A stretch of 64,000 bases of DNA from Sphagnum compactum (lineage: Eukaryota). The stretch's first letter is position 1. Each line of letters begins with the position of its first letter. This document shows, one piece after another, positions 27,377 to 39,100 of this stretch. Location of the stretch: contig OZ234493.1 in NCBI GenBank assembly GCA_965153455.1, positions 30,742,213-30,806,212 on the forward strand, in the 5' to 3' direction. The notes below the pieces were generated by a model that was not told the DNA's origin, ran no database searches, and was given only the letters and a program-made list of their open reading frames with translations. The position numbers were made by a program, and so were the translations under genes.

Positions 27377-27822
27377 TCTATCTACAAAGGAAGGTAGTTT
27401 GTTTGTTTTGTTTTGTGTGTACCAATGAGATCCACCAAACCGGGATGCTTCAGATCATGTTCTTCATATCGTTGGAAAGCTCTCGAGGACGAGGGTGTTT
27501 CATGGTGTTTGGGACTTGCAGTGCAAAAGTTCTTGAATATTGAATGATTTTTTCACTGAGAATGAAATTAAATCGTAGCTGAAAATTTCAGAGGAATTGA
27601 ATTGTGCCTTTGATGTTCTTGGAAAGATCTTGATGAGAGGATTTAGTGGAATTTATTTGGTAAAGATTTGGATTCCATATGTGGGAGATATTGATTTTTA
27701 AAAGTGATTTCTGCTGCTGAAAATTCAAATAAATTCCCAAAAAAAAAACCAGGTTTTTGAAAGGAAAAAAATCAGTTGAGGGCGTGGTAACACTTGGGCC
27801 AAAGGCTCAAGCCACACACTAG
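27377..27822 (+). mobile_element. Non-autonomous Helitron
   Basis: 5' A|TC start, 3' hairpin CTTGGGCC-AAA-GGCTCAAG followed by CTAG|T, and no TSD. Confidence 0.75.
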
Positions 27823-28214
27823 TGAACATAAAATTGAAGACAATACAAATGAGAGACTATGTAAATATCATCACTTGTGCCAATTAATAATCCTCCCAAT
27901 TGTATGTCCTTGCCATTAACTTAGGTCAAAAATGGTGACAAACAAATGTAAGAATAGAAATTATGCTCAAACAATGAGGTCATGCAACATCCACTTAAGA
28001 CATTTTCATGTACCTAAGACATGTTCTTGTTGGGGTTTGTTCATTGGGGAAGGGGGTTGGATTTTTTTTGTTTAATTCATTTTTTGTTCTCAATGTGTTA
28101 TTGTCAAGTTCTCAATGTGTTCTCCAAGATGTTCCCCTTAACACCACACCATTTTTTCATATACTTTGCTCAAAGTTGTGCTTTTTTTAACCTTATATCT
28201 TCATTTATGTTAAT

Positions 28215-29521
28215 GTAATTTGTGTTGTTGGCCCAAGTGTGAACACATCATTTATTTTTCACATCTTCAGCATTGAAAATTTCTAATTTGGCAATTTGAA
28301 CACACTAAGGGCTCAACTGATTTTGTTTTCCTTCCAAACCCAATTTTTGCAATTTGTTTGAATTTCTAACAACAAAATCCAATCAAAATTCAATATCATT
28401 CACACCTTAGCTCTAAAAATAATGAAATAAATCCTATCAAATCTGACTCGTCGCCAAGGGCTTTCCAAGAGTACCAAGAATGCTCCCAAATTTCAATATG
28501 GTTTTTAATTTCGATTTTATTTAATTTTCATTGAAAAAATGATTCAATAATCAATAGCTTCTAAGTTGTAAATCCAAATAGTCTAAAACCAAAGTAGTGC
28601 ACACTAAGAGCTTTCTAAAACTATCACGAGCGTGGCATGACGCATCATGGTTTGGGAGATTTTAGCGTGACAAACAAAACAAACTATGTTGCCTCATAAA
28701 TGGATGGCCTATGCCATTGGCCCAAGTGTGAACCCATTTCAAAATAGGGGAAATTCAACATATGAAAATTGTTTTGTAGTGTTTAGGATTTAGGGTTAAA
28801 CTAAATCTTAAACCCTATATCCGATTTTTGAAGAGTTAAATATAATTACAAGTGTGACTACATTTCTCAACCAATTTTTCCTTCCGAAACCTCGTTTTTT
28901 GTAATTTAAATGAATTCACAATGACAAAAAAAATCACTTAAAATTGGGTATCTCCCACTTCCTAAGTCCAAAACTTATGAAATAAATTTCATTAAATCAT
29001 GCTATTTATCGAGATTTTTTCAACAATATTACCAATGGCACATCCCAATTCCTCATACTTGAATTGAATGATGGACCTTGACCACGTTCTCAACCGCTTT
29101 CTCCTTCCAAAACCTGGTCTTTTTGTGATTAAATTGAATTTTCAATGACAAAAATCATTTGCAAACCAATATCTCCCCCCATCCAAAGTCCAAATCTTAC
29201 GAAATGGAAACAAACATTCCATCAAATCTTGCTCCTCAAGATCTTTCCAACAACACCAAATGCACATCTCAATTCCTCAGAAATTTTCAATTATGGTTTA
29301 CTTTAATATTCAGTCAAAAAAGCATTCAATCATTCAAGAACTTTTACACACCACAAGTCCAAACATTATGAAACCAAGCCGATGGCACCCCTCCTCCTTG
29401 TTAGAGATTTTGCCAAAGACACGAAGAACATGATCTGAAACACCCCAGTTCAATGAATCTCATGGTTACAAAACAAAACAAAACAAATTACCTCCCTTCA
29501 TAGATAGATAGATAGATAGAT
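28215..29521 (-). mobile_element. Two adjacent reverse-orientation copies of the same Helitron family (~28215-28704 and ~28705-29521)
   Basis: Each has TTGGCCCAAGTGTGAAC at the left and a reverse-complement 5' end (ACAAAACAAA...CATAGATAGA or a diverged form) at the right, resembling 27377-27822. Confidence 0.6.
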
Positions 29522-29795
29522 GGGTGGGTGGGGGATTAAGGGAATAACTAACATTATATGTTGGATGTGGTAAACACTGATAGAGGCCCAAATAGGAGGT
29601 TGCGGGCTGGAGAATAGAGATCCTCTAAGTTAGACATGAAAGAGTGATAAGCTCTTTTGTAGCTCTTTGCCATTCAATCTGTCAAAAGAAAGTTGGAGTT
29701 ACAGCTTTCCCTTCCATATGCAAGAGAAGTCTTCTTGTAAGAGAATTTGGGTTTTTGAGCTTTACTAACGTCAGTCTGTCCAAGACACTCTGTAA

Positions 29796-29837
<42 letters not shown>

Positions 29838-30105
29838 CTTACACATTTTACATGATGTCACCCACCACCACATCCAGCAAGAGGCAAACTTCCAAGTGAC
29901 AGAGAGAGTCGTCAAGTCATCAGTTGTGATTGACCAGATGGGTTCTTTGATCAACTCTTCCTTCCGAGGGAAAGAAAAAAGGCCACAATTGGAAGCTCAA
30001 CCGAGATACTATCTGGTTTCACCTTCGTCACCCATTCTGTAATATAAATATAGATCCTATGTAAATAGGTAGGGAGGTATATGAAAATAGGTGATATTAC
30101 TAAGT
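29490..30105 (+). repeat. Copy A of a ~600-bp inverted duplication (partner 34730-35320)
   Basis: Long near-identical reverse-complement match, for example ATATGTTGGATGTGGTAAACACTGATAGAGGCCCAAATAGGAGGTTGCGG. Confidence 0.9.
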
Positions 30106-30495
30106 CTGATATGGTGGCTGACTTATTTATATGTGCTTGGAGGGTCCCAATTTTCCAAAATTCAGCTTCAAATTTGCAATAACAATCATCATAATAATAA
30201 CCCATTTTGCTTACATGTTTAGGTAGTAGAGAGGAGGAGGTATTAGACTTCTTGAATCAGACATGCTCAAAGATACATGTAGTAGTACCTAGGCATATAT
30301 ATAAGTGAGTGCTGAGTAGTCTCTTTAGTAGGGCTCTATTTGGTTCTCATTATGATCTGGACACAAAAAAAAGAAAAAAAGAGTAAATGGGTAGTCTGTT
30401 TGGGGCTTGGTTTTCTTGTAGGAACCCTTTCTTTTTCTTTTGGAAATGAAGAAGTTAAGTGGGTAGCATGGCAATGTAGGCAATAAGTGCAGACT

Positions 30496-30526
<31 letters not shown>

Positions 30527-32699
30527 GAGAGGCTGAGGGGCTTGGGGAAGCACCAGCATTAGAAGTTTTAGAAACCCATCAAGTAACCCATGATCTCTTT
30601 GCTTTTTCCAAGATCTTGTCAGGATTGGGGCTATGATAAGTTAGAGAGAGACTGAAGGCACCTGAGCTTCTCAAGAACAAAATTGTGTCTCTGACTATTT
30701 TGGCAGAGTAAAAAGTTCAAAAAGAGCAGCAAACCTGCTTTCTTCTTTCTTGTGAATAGAAGAGAGAGTCAAGCAAGAAGCCAAAACTGCTGTCTCATTT
30801 GTTGGCTGGCTGGCTGGCTGGCTCTCCTCTTAAGGAAAAAAAGAGAGTGGGCATCAAATTTTGGCTCAACCTTCACCCAATAGAGTTCTCCAGAAAGTCA
30901 CCCTGTCTTCACCCTGTCTTTGGACATCCTTTCACCCCCTATCCCCTCTTTTAGTGGTATCTGCAAAGCAAGGAAATTTTATTAAAATTTCTCGCTTATC
31001 ACTTGAAACCATTGTACGTAGTAATCATTTACCTTTTTATGTGTGCCCTTTAATTACAAGACCAAAAGTAAAAGCATGGTGTTGTGCATGGTTACATTCT
31101 TGGGTAGATATTTAAATGAATACATTAAAAAAAAAAATCATCATGTTATGAGTCACTTCTTAAATAATTGTTTTATAATATGACCACGTGTTATTAGATA
31201 CTGAGAAAATGATTTATAAATAACCACGTTCAAAACTCATCATGAATGTTTTTGAATGACTTGCAAAATTAGTATAAATTTTGACATTCCAAAATGAAAA
31301 AACAAGCTTTGGTTATAATTATTTGTTAGTGTGATTGCAATTGTTCGGGTCATAACAATTATGATCAATTGAACGGTTGAGAATCAAATTGGTTGTCCAA
31401 GTTCTATCCCATAAATTTCATGTCTTCTTTTATTTATGAGTATCAAGGAACACACTTTGGGTTTGTATTTCGTTATAAAATCAAAAATCAATAAGATAAC
31501 TTATCATGATACCATTTGATAAACCTAAAGATGTTTCAAATTATGCGTTTGTAATTTTTTATTTTTTTTGAAACTAGGTACAATTGTTGAAGAAGTTTGA
31601 CAAGTTCCATCATAGCATATCCATCTACCCTAGATATTCAAACTCCTCATAAACCCATCCTTGCCATTGGAATTGTTTGTGGGAAAATGTTTGTTAAAAA
31701 TGTATCCACCAACAATAGTTTAAAGGCCACAAACAATATAACTTGGATGAAATTCACACTTCTAGTAGTGTGAAATTGAGTTTGAATTTTTTTAAATGCA
31801 CATGACACAATGCTTTCCAAAAGGGCCAATTAAGTTTTGAATGTGATTGGTTTAGATTAAACCAATCACAATAATTGGCCCATGCGGTGGTGGTATTTAA
31901 CTAATTCTCAATTTGCACTATTTTGGATGTGCTAGACATTGATGTCCATTCACATATTGGGTGTGGGAGGATAGTTTCTTTAACCTCGGTATGTGGTGTC
32001 TACAATATATTTAAAGTAAAAAAAATGTAAATGTAGGAATAAAGTTGAATGTTTGCAAAACAAAATGCAATGCAACTCTATTAATTTTAACTTTTGTAAT
32101 GGATATTAGTTATAATTATCTTGAAGGATTTTGGTTTCTTTTAGAGGATTTTTATTTTTGAAGATTATATTTTTGCATGGTGAAATATTTGAGTTTCCAT
32201 AATTCTTCTTTTGCAATAAGAATACTTTTTAATGCAAATGCCAAGGCCACAGTGTGACACACGCCCTTGTTATAATAAGGGAGTGTGCAACCAAGGTCAC
32301 TAGCCCACTTCTTATGGCCAACTTGTACTTGGTCCACTATTTGCATTCATATGATTGAACTACATAATTGCATTTATACCTTACATGAAGGTCAATAAAA
32401 TTCCAAAATTCCAAAAGTGAAAATTTTAATAATAATTTTCTAAATAAAGAATAAAAATTTAAAAAGTAATTGATTATTCATTTATGAATTTGCTGAACTT
32501 AACCCTACCCTACTATATTTGACACATATTTTTACTTGTAGAAAAATACCTTGAGGCCCAATACTATTGGAGTGTGCAAAACCAATGTATATACAATAGA
32601 AATGAATGATGTCTGTCGGAGTCATTCCAACTTTGAACCTACCTACATACCTACTTATTTGCCTTATCTACCTACCTCTTACCTACCTCTTTCCCCTTA

Positions 32700-33073
32700 G
32701 AGCATCCCCACCCGTGCTCAGTATGTGACCTTGCACATTAAAATCGGATGACGAAAAGTGAATGTATGCTGGTTTGGCTCAGGAAATTGGTTTTTCTCCT
32801 GCATATTTGCTCAGTTTGCTGAGGCTAGTAAAAAATCGGAGCAAAGCTGTGCACCCGCTAAAGAAGAGTGTAATAAATATGATCTGACTGCTGATCCTTG
32901 TTTTTGATTGGCCAATCATAATGATCGATCATGGTGTTTGCTATTTGTAGTTCCTACCTATTTGCAGTCCTTGTTTCAGTCTTATGGGTGGGGTTGCGAA
33001 AAAAGTAAATAATTAAACTTGGATGTGAGAAATATTTTTGCAGGTCAAATACTGAGCACCTGTGGGGATGCTG
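32700..33073. mobile_element. Tourist-like MITE, same family as 13062-14037, opposite orientation
   Basis: TTA|GAGCATCCCCACCCGTGCTCAGTATGTGACC ... GGTCAAATACTGAGCACCTGTGGGGATGCTG; internal sequence matches the reverse complement of the 13-kb copy. Confidence 0.8.
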
Positions 33074-34729
33074 GTATGTAATAATAGAATATAGTATGAT
33101 TCAAGAGAGAGATATGGCTGCAAAATGGTGGTAGGGTTTTGGTGGGAGGGGGAGTGAACCCAAGTGTTCAGAGTTGAAAGTGCACACACAGTCATACCTA
33201 TCATGGCTGTGCCAGAAAATTCAGGTCTGATAGTCAGTCAGGGATGCAACTGGGGTTTTTTGTACATGCAGCATTCTTCAACTATCCCCTTAAGTTATTT
33301 GTGTGAAAAGCTGAAACTCATTCTCAATAGAAGAAACCAAATGGCTGCCTGCACACAACATTGGAAGAAGAGATTAGGTGTGTACAGTACTATGTAGCTG
33401 GCTGCTGGTCCAACCTGCATCCCAGAACTGTTTGTGTCTGTGCAAGCTTTGAAATTGTTTGATAATGTGTGGGCAATTCTTGCCTCGCGGTTGAATGTTT
33501 AGTAACTTCACTGCCATGCTTCTGGAAAGAAGAATTTATACTCCAAAGTGTTTTGTGGAAAAACCTAACATAAGCAAGGATCATTTCTAATTTAAAAATC
33601 ACAACTGAAGAAGCAGACTGCTGCTCTTTGAATAATGCTTGGTGGGTATTTGATGTTGTTAATAATGGTGTCAAATTTCAAAATATTTCAGAATCAGACA
33701 ATTGCTGGTTCTGATTCTTTCAAAACCTCAAGCACCCAATTGGTTTTAATGAAAGAACAGGTGGTTTTCTGGGCAGTTGATATTTGGCTTATTAAAAATA
33801 TTGAGAAAAACATGGTTTGTATATATCAAATTTTGAGAATTTGATTTTTTGGGGGAGAACTGCAATTATCAACTTAAGAACCTGCACCCTGATACTCAGC
33901 GGGTGTTTAGTGGAGTTTCTAATGCCCACCCAACATTCAACAATACCACCATCAGTTTGAGTTTGAAAACCAATATTACTATCCTGAAGAAACTGCATAT
34001 TATCTTGCCACCCATCAGTTTGACTTTGAAACCTGAACAGCTTTACCATCCTCAATCAATATCATGGGGTCATGCAATAGAATTGGGCAAATCCTAGCAT
34101 CAGACCACATCCCCATATACGGAAGGATGGGTAGGTAGTTCTTCTGCTAAAACATTGGGAAAAGTGGACAAACATTTGTGAGAAAGTTGCTAGTTGTCAT
34201 CTAAAGGAAAAAAAAACATATCTTGAAGGGACATTGCTTCTGACAATTTAGGAGCTTGGATATACTGTCTGCTGAACTTAGTTTACTTGAGATTATTTAG
34301 TACTTACTGGTTGTAAACCAACACAATTTTGGAAGAGTTGATCAAAGATCCCTGGCCAGAGTGAACCATGAAGCATCATGGATTGGAAATGGTCACCGAA
34401 CAGTTCTCTGTTGCATTCCAGTTCCCTAGCTAATCATGGCATTTAGCTCAGTTGTTTGCTTTACTACCTACCTACCAACTTGTTAGTAGGTAAGCCCTTA
34501 CCTATGCATAAACCAGTGTTGTTGGCTTCTAGCTTCCCAAGCGAACCTCTAGTCCCAGCTTCATCTTTTTCAACATTTGAGAGAACCTCATATTTTGGTT
34601 CCAGATTTGCTTCTTTGGTTTCACAATTTAAAACTGATGCTCGAGGGACCTAGAACTGCTGGCTCCAAAATTGAACCTAAAATTGGCTTAAAACCCAGAA
34701 CTGGATAACACCCATACATAAACCATCTA

Positions 34730-35320
34730 CTTACTTACTAATCACCTATTTCCTATACCTTCCTACGTATACGGTTGGACCTACTTATATTACAGAATGG
34801 GTGACCAAGGTGAAACCAGATAGTAACTTGGTTGAGCTTCCCATGTGGCTTTTTCTTTCCCTCCGAAGAGTTGATGAAAGAACCCATCTGGTCAATCACA
34901 ACTGGTGACTTGACGACTTTCTGCCACTAGGAAGTCTGCCTCTTGCTGGATGTGGTGGGTGACATCATGTAAAATGTGTAAGAGACACAGAGAGAGAGAG
35001 AGAGACTTACAGAGTGTCTCAGACAGACTGACATTAGTAAAGCTCAAAAAGCCGAATTCTCTTACAACAAGACTTCTCTTACATTATGGAAGGGAAAGCT
35101 GTGACTCTGTCATCTTTTGACAGATTGAATGGTGAAGAGCTACAAAAGAGCTTATCAGTCTTTCATGTCTAACTTAGGGGATCTCTATTTCTCCAGCCGC
35201 AACCTCCTATTTGGGCCTCTATCAGTGTTTACCACATCCAACATATACTCCTAATTATTCCCTTATCCCCCCACCCAAGAACATGAAAAACATATCTATG
35301 AAGGAAGGTAGTTTGTTTGT
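34730..35320 (-). repeat. Copy B of the ~600-bp inverted duplication, running into a Helitron 5' fragment
   Basis: Reverse complement of 29490-30105, including the CT/GA microsatellite; TCTATGAAGGAAGGTAGTTTG occurs at ~35295. Confidence 0.9.
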
Positions 35321-36039
35321 ATCATTTTGTTTGTTTGTCATGTTGAGATCTCCCAAGTCATGGTGCCTCTTGATGCGTTCTTAATACCATTGGAAAGCCC
35401 TCGATGAGTACTGGGTTGCAGCAAGTTGGTTTTCATAATGTTTGAACTTATGTTGAACAAATGATTGAATATCAAACAATTTCTTTTCAGTTAAGTAGGA
35501 TTTACTGAAGATGATTTGAAAGTTTTTAGACTTAAAGAGCAACAGATACAGAATTTTATTGATAAGCCCATAACCGATGAAGTTTCACACACTACTTGAA
35601 GGGCTGTACTTCATCCAAAATAGTGTGTAACAGGCTATTTTACTGCTGTGGGTGGAGATGCTGTTTAACCACAAAGCTTTTTGCATCCTCACTCACACCG
35701 ACTGCCACCCACCGAACACTCAGCTGTCACAACTAGCCCTGGAAATTCATGCAATGCCTAAATTGCTCATGATTTTTTTAAAGTTTCACGAAGGGCTGCA
35801 CAAGCCCAGTTATTCAGTCCTGGGTACCAGAAGACTGGGTCTTGGGTGGTGGCTTCTGTTTTTTTGTTCTAGGCACAGAGCTTGGAGAAGTGTTTTTGGT
35901 GATGGGCCACGCACAGGCTGTGCACATGCACACAAGTTAGCCAGGCGCAGCCACAAAGCTCGCTGAGCAGCAGGGCTTGATGCCCAAGGTTGCCCTTAAA
36001 ATGTTCCTTCATCACTCAGTCAGCTATTTTCATTGCAAA

Positions 36040-36180
36040 CAAAAGGGTGTCTTTGTATGTCAAAGTGATTTCATTAGATTTTGAGTGAATTTGCTGGTCA
36101 TGGTGGATAGGACCTAGTGAGGTGCAGTGAATTCACCGATGATTTAGGGACTAATGAACTGCACCCACATTTTGTAATAA
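36040..36180. repeat. Dispersed repeat, inverted partner at ~49700-49846
   Basis: CACCCACATTTTGTAATA versus TATTACAAAATGTGGGTG, with shared GTGAATTCAC motifs and collinear similarity over ~140 bp. Confidence 0.7.
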
Positions 36181-39100
36181 GGTTTCCTCCTTTAAGTTAC
36201 CAATTTATTTATAACCCCTCCAGCCAATATACTTTGTTCTTTCCACAGCAGAGTGGACTTGTGAGTCAAGCAAATATGCAAGTCTAGGGGCACTTCACTT
36301 CACCCTTGAGCAGAGTGGAAACCTCTTTGCAGCTGAGCATAGAGATTTACTGTGCATCTGCTCAGGCCTTCTGTGTAGTAGTCCCTGATCAGCAGATGAT
36401 CATCTATCTGACTTCATAATAATATCATGTTGTGGGGATTTGTTAGCTGGTTTTTTGTGTCTTCCCAGGTTGCAAATATGTAGACTAGTAGTAGTAATAC
36501 CTCATTCTCTTTGATGTTGTTGAATCTACGAGTTCATAGAATCATCCTTAAAGCCACCACCCTTATATCATTTGGGCCATAGTTTGACCCTGCACTCCCA
36601 GCCAGCTGTTTCATCCCCAGTTTGAGTGATTGATACTCAATTTTGCTCTTTTCAGTGATGAAACCCAGTGAGCAAAACTGGGGTTATCATCTAATGAAAC
36701 TGGGTAGCTAGGTACCAGTTAATGAAACCAGGTCTTCCAGTTCACAAGATTTGCAGGATTTTATTCCGACAACACTTTTGATTTATCGGATAATATGAAC
36801 ATCATTGAAGGTGAATGTAAGTAAGTGAAATCCAAGAACTGGGGGTGAAGCTTGTGTTAGGACCAATTTTAGGTGAGAAAACTAATTTCATCCCCACCTT
36901 TTTTTTTTCCCCTATGTACTATTTTCATCCCGAGTTTGGGATTTTGTCTGCATTTTTTACCAAACTGGGGCCTACTTACAACAACTTATGCTCATCAAAC
37001 CATCAACACAACTTTCACCAAGCACTTGTTTCAACAAAACCCTAAATCCAATTGCCCCCTTGTTTTTCAACTCTAAAACCCACAAAATCCTGATGTAAGC
37101 CCTATTCATTGACACTTGCTTGAAGCAAGAAACATTCACAATAGGGTGAGGTCAAACCCTTCATCTTTCCAATCATGTTGGGCCTTTTTTGGCTCCTTCA
37201 TGACGTTCAAAATGCTTCCAAGTGTAAAGAGTAAAGACCCAATAAACATGCACACCCATCCACTAGTACCCCGTTTGCATGGACATGGGGGCAACCCATG
37301 ACAAACGAGATGCTCGATTGTTGTGTTGCACCAATATTATATTAAACAAAGCAAGAAAATAAATCGACATTCTTGAACATTTGCAACATCAAATCAACCC
37401 AACAATTGTCAATGTAATCATTTTGCACATTTCCAACAAATCAAGGATTGCCATGCCAAACATGTTCCAATTTACAAAGAAATTCATTTGATGTGCATGT
37501 GAACCTACACCATGCAAAACCCAACTTATATGTTTTTATGGGAAATTTTTGAAAAACACATAACCTCAATCTCGTACCTCAATGTGCATGGAGTTTATAA
37601 AAATAAGAAATCAAATGGTGATGATCAAATATGAAGAATGTTTTTGAAATTTAGCTATGTTTCACAAATCAAGTTTTAATTTTCTACAAATCATGTTCAA
37701 TTGAAGAGAAATTTACTTTGAAAATATTGATATGTAACAATTTTTTTTTGCCAGCCAAATTTTTTTTTCTTTCCAAATTCAACATAATGTTTTTTCCATA
37801 TTTATCTTTTTCTAATATCTATGTTGTAAATAAAAACCATTTGAATTGAATTCATATATATATATATATATAGTTCACATTAAACATGTGAAACATTACA
37901 CCCACTTGGAAAAATATCTAATTTTGAATTTATGTTTTGTTAATCATGCGTTGTGGCACACATAGAGTCACATGTAAATGGCACAATGCATGTGTGTTTA
38001 TGTGGCAATGTGAAATAATAATGTCCAACCATATTTCCATTGCAATGACAATTTGATGAAATGAAACCATGGAATGTGCCCTAGTTTGTTATAGTTCCAT
38101 GAGCAAATGCAATTCGCTCGTGGTATATATAAATAAATAAACAAATAGATAAATAAATAAATATATATATATCAATGTTGTGCAGTTCTTTGATTTTGTT
38201 AACCTCTAGTTCCAAATTTGGGAATATTCTCAGAATCAAAAGAACCTCGGGCTCGGGGATTGTGAGGTCTAGTTTCTACAGTGTCCCTTATGACTCAGTT
38301 GGTGTGGGTGAACCCTAATTGAGTTGATGTCAAATTTTACCTTGGTTACTTATCAATATGTTTTTTTTTTTTTTCTGCTCACATTTCACTATTTTTTACA
38401 AAGAAAATGGGAAAATTTTCGATTTTTCTTTTTTTCTTTTCTAGCATAAATTGCACTAATTTTTCTATATTTTTAAAATAATTTTCTAAAAAATATTTAA
38501 AAACTGTTACATTTGATATCAAAAAAAATGAAAGAGAAAAAAAAAAAAAAAAAAAAAAAAAACTGTTACTTATCCAGTGAAAAATAAGTCTCATGGGTAG
38601 GTAGGAAGGATGAACAAAAGGTGGTTACTTATTATGTAAGCAGATTAAAATAAAATTTAAAAAAATAAATAAACAAGCAGATGCATTTAAATGCTTAGTG
38701 TGGAAGCAGGGCTAGTGGGTAGTTAATAAGTAGGTAGTCAAAATAGCAAGTGAGCTAACCACCATGGTTGGCTAGGGAACCAGAACCCAATGGAAAAGTG
38801 TTTTCCTGTCCATCCACCATCCATCCATCCCTCATGGTGTACTGGTGGCTGTTGGTGGTTCACTCTAGCGGCTAGCCTGCTAATTGGACTTTCACATAAT
38901 CCCAATCACTTCTGACCTTGAAAACTAGTAGAGATCGATGCAATGTCTTTCAATATGATGCATTATTTCACTGATATTTGGGTGAATTCAGTGTTTAATA
39001 GTGTTTTGTGATGATGGGTTACATGCAGTTGGACATCACAATTGTGAACAAAATGTAGAATTCTCTTGTTGCTCTAATCTAGATTTTGTTTGGATGGCAA

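Noticed and set aside
30757..30776. AGAAGAGAGAGTCAAGC resembling miR529/miR156
   Set aside because: The match is partial, lies in low-complexity GA sequence, and has only a short hairpin.
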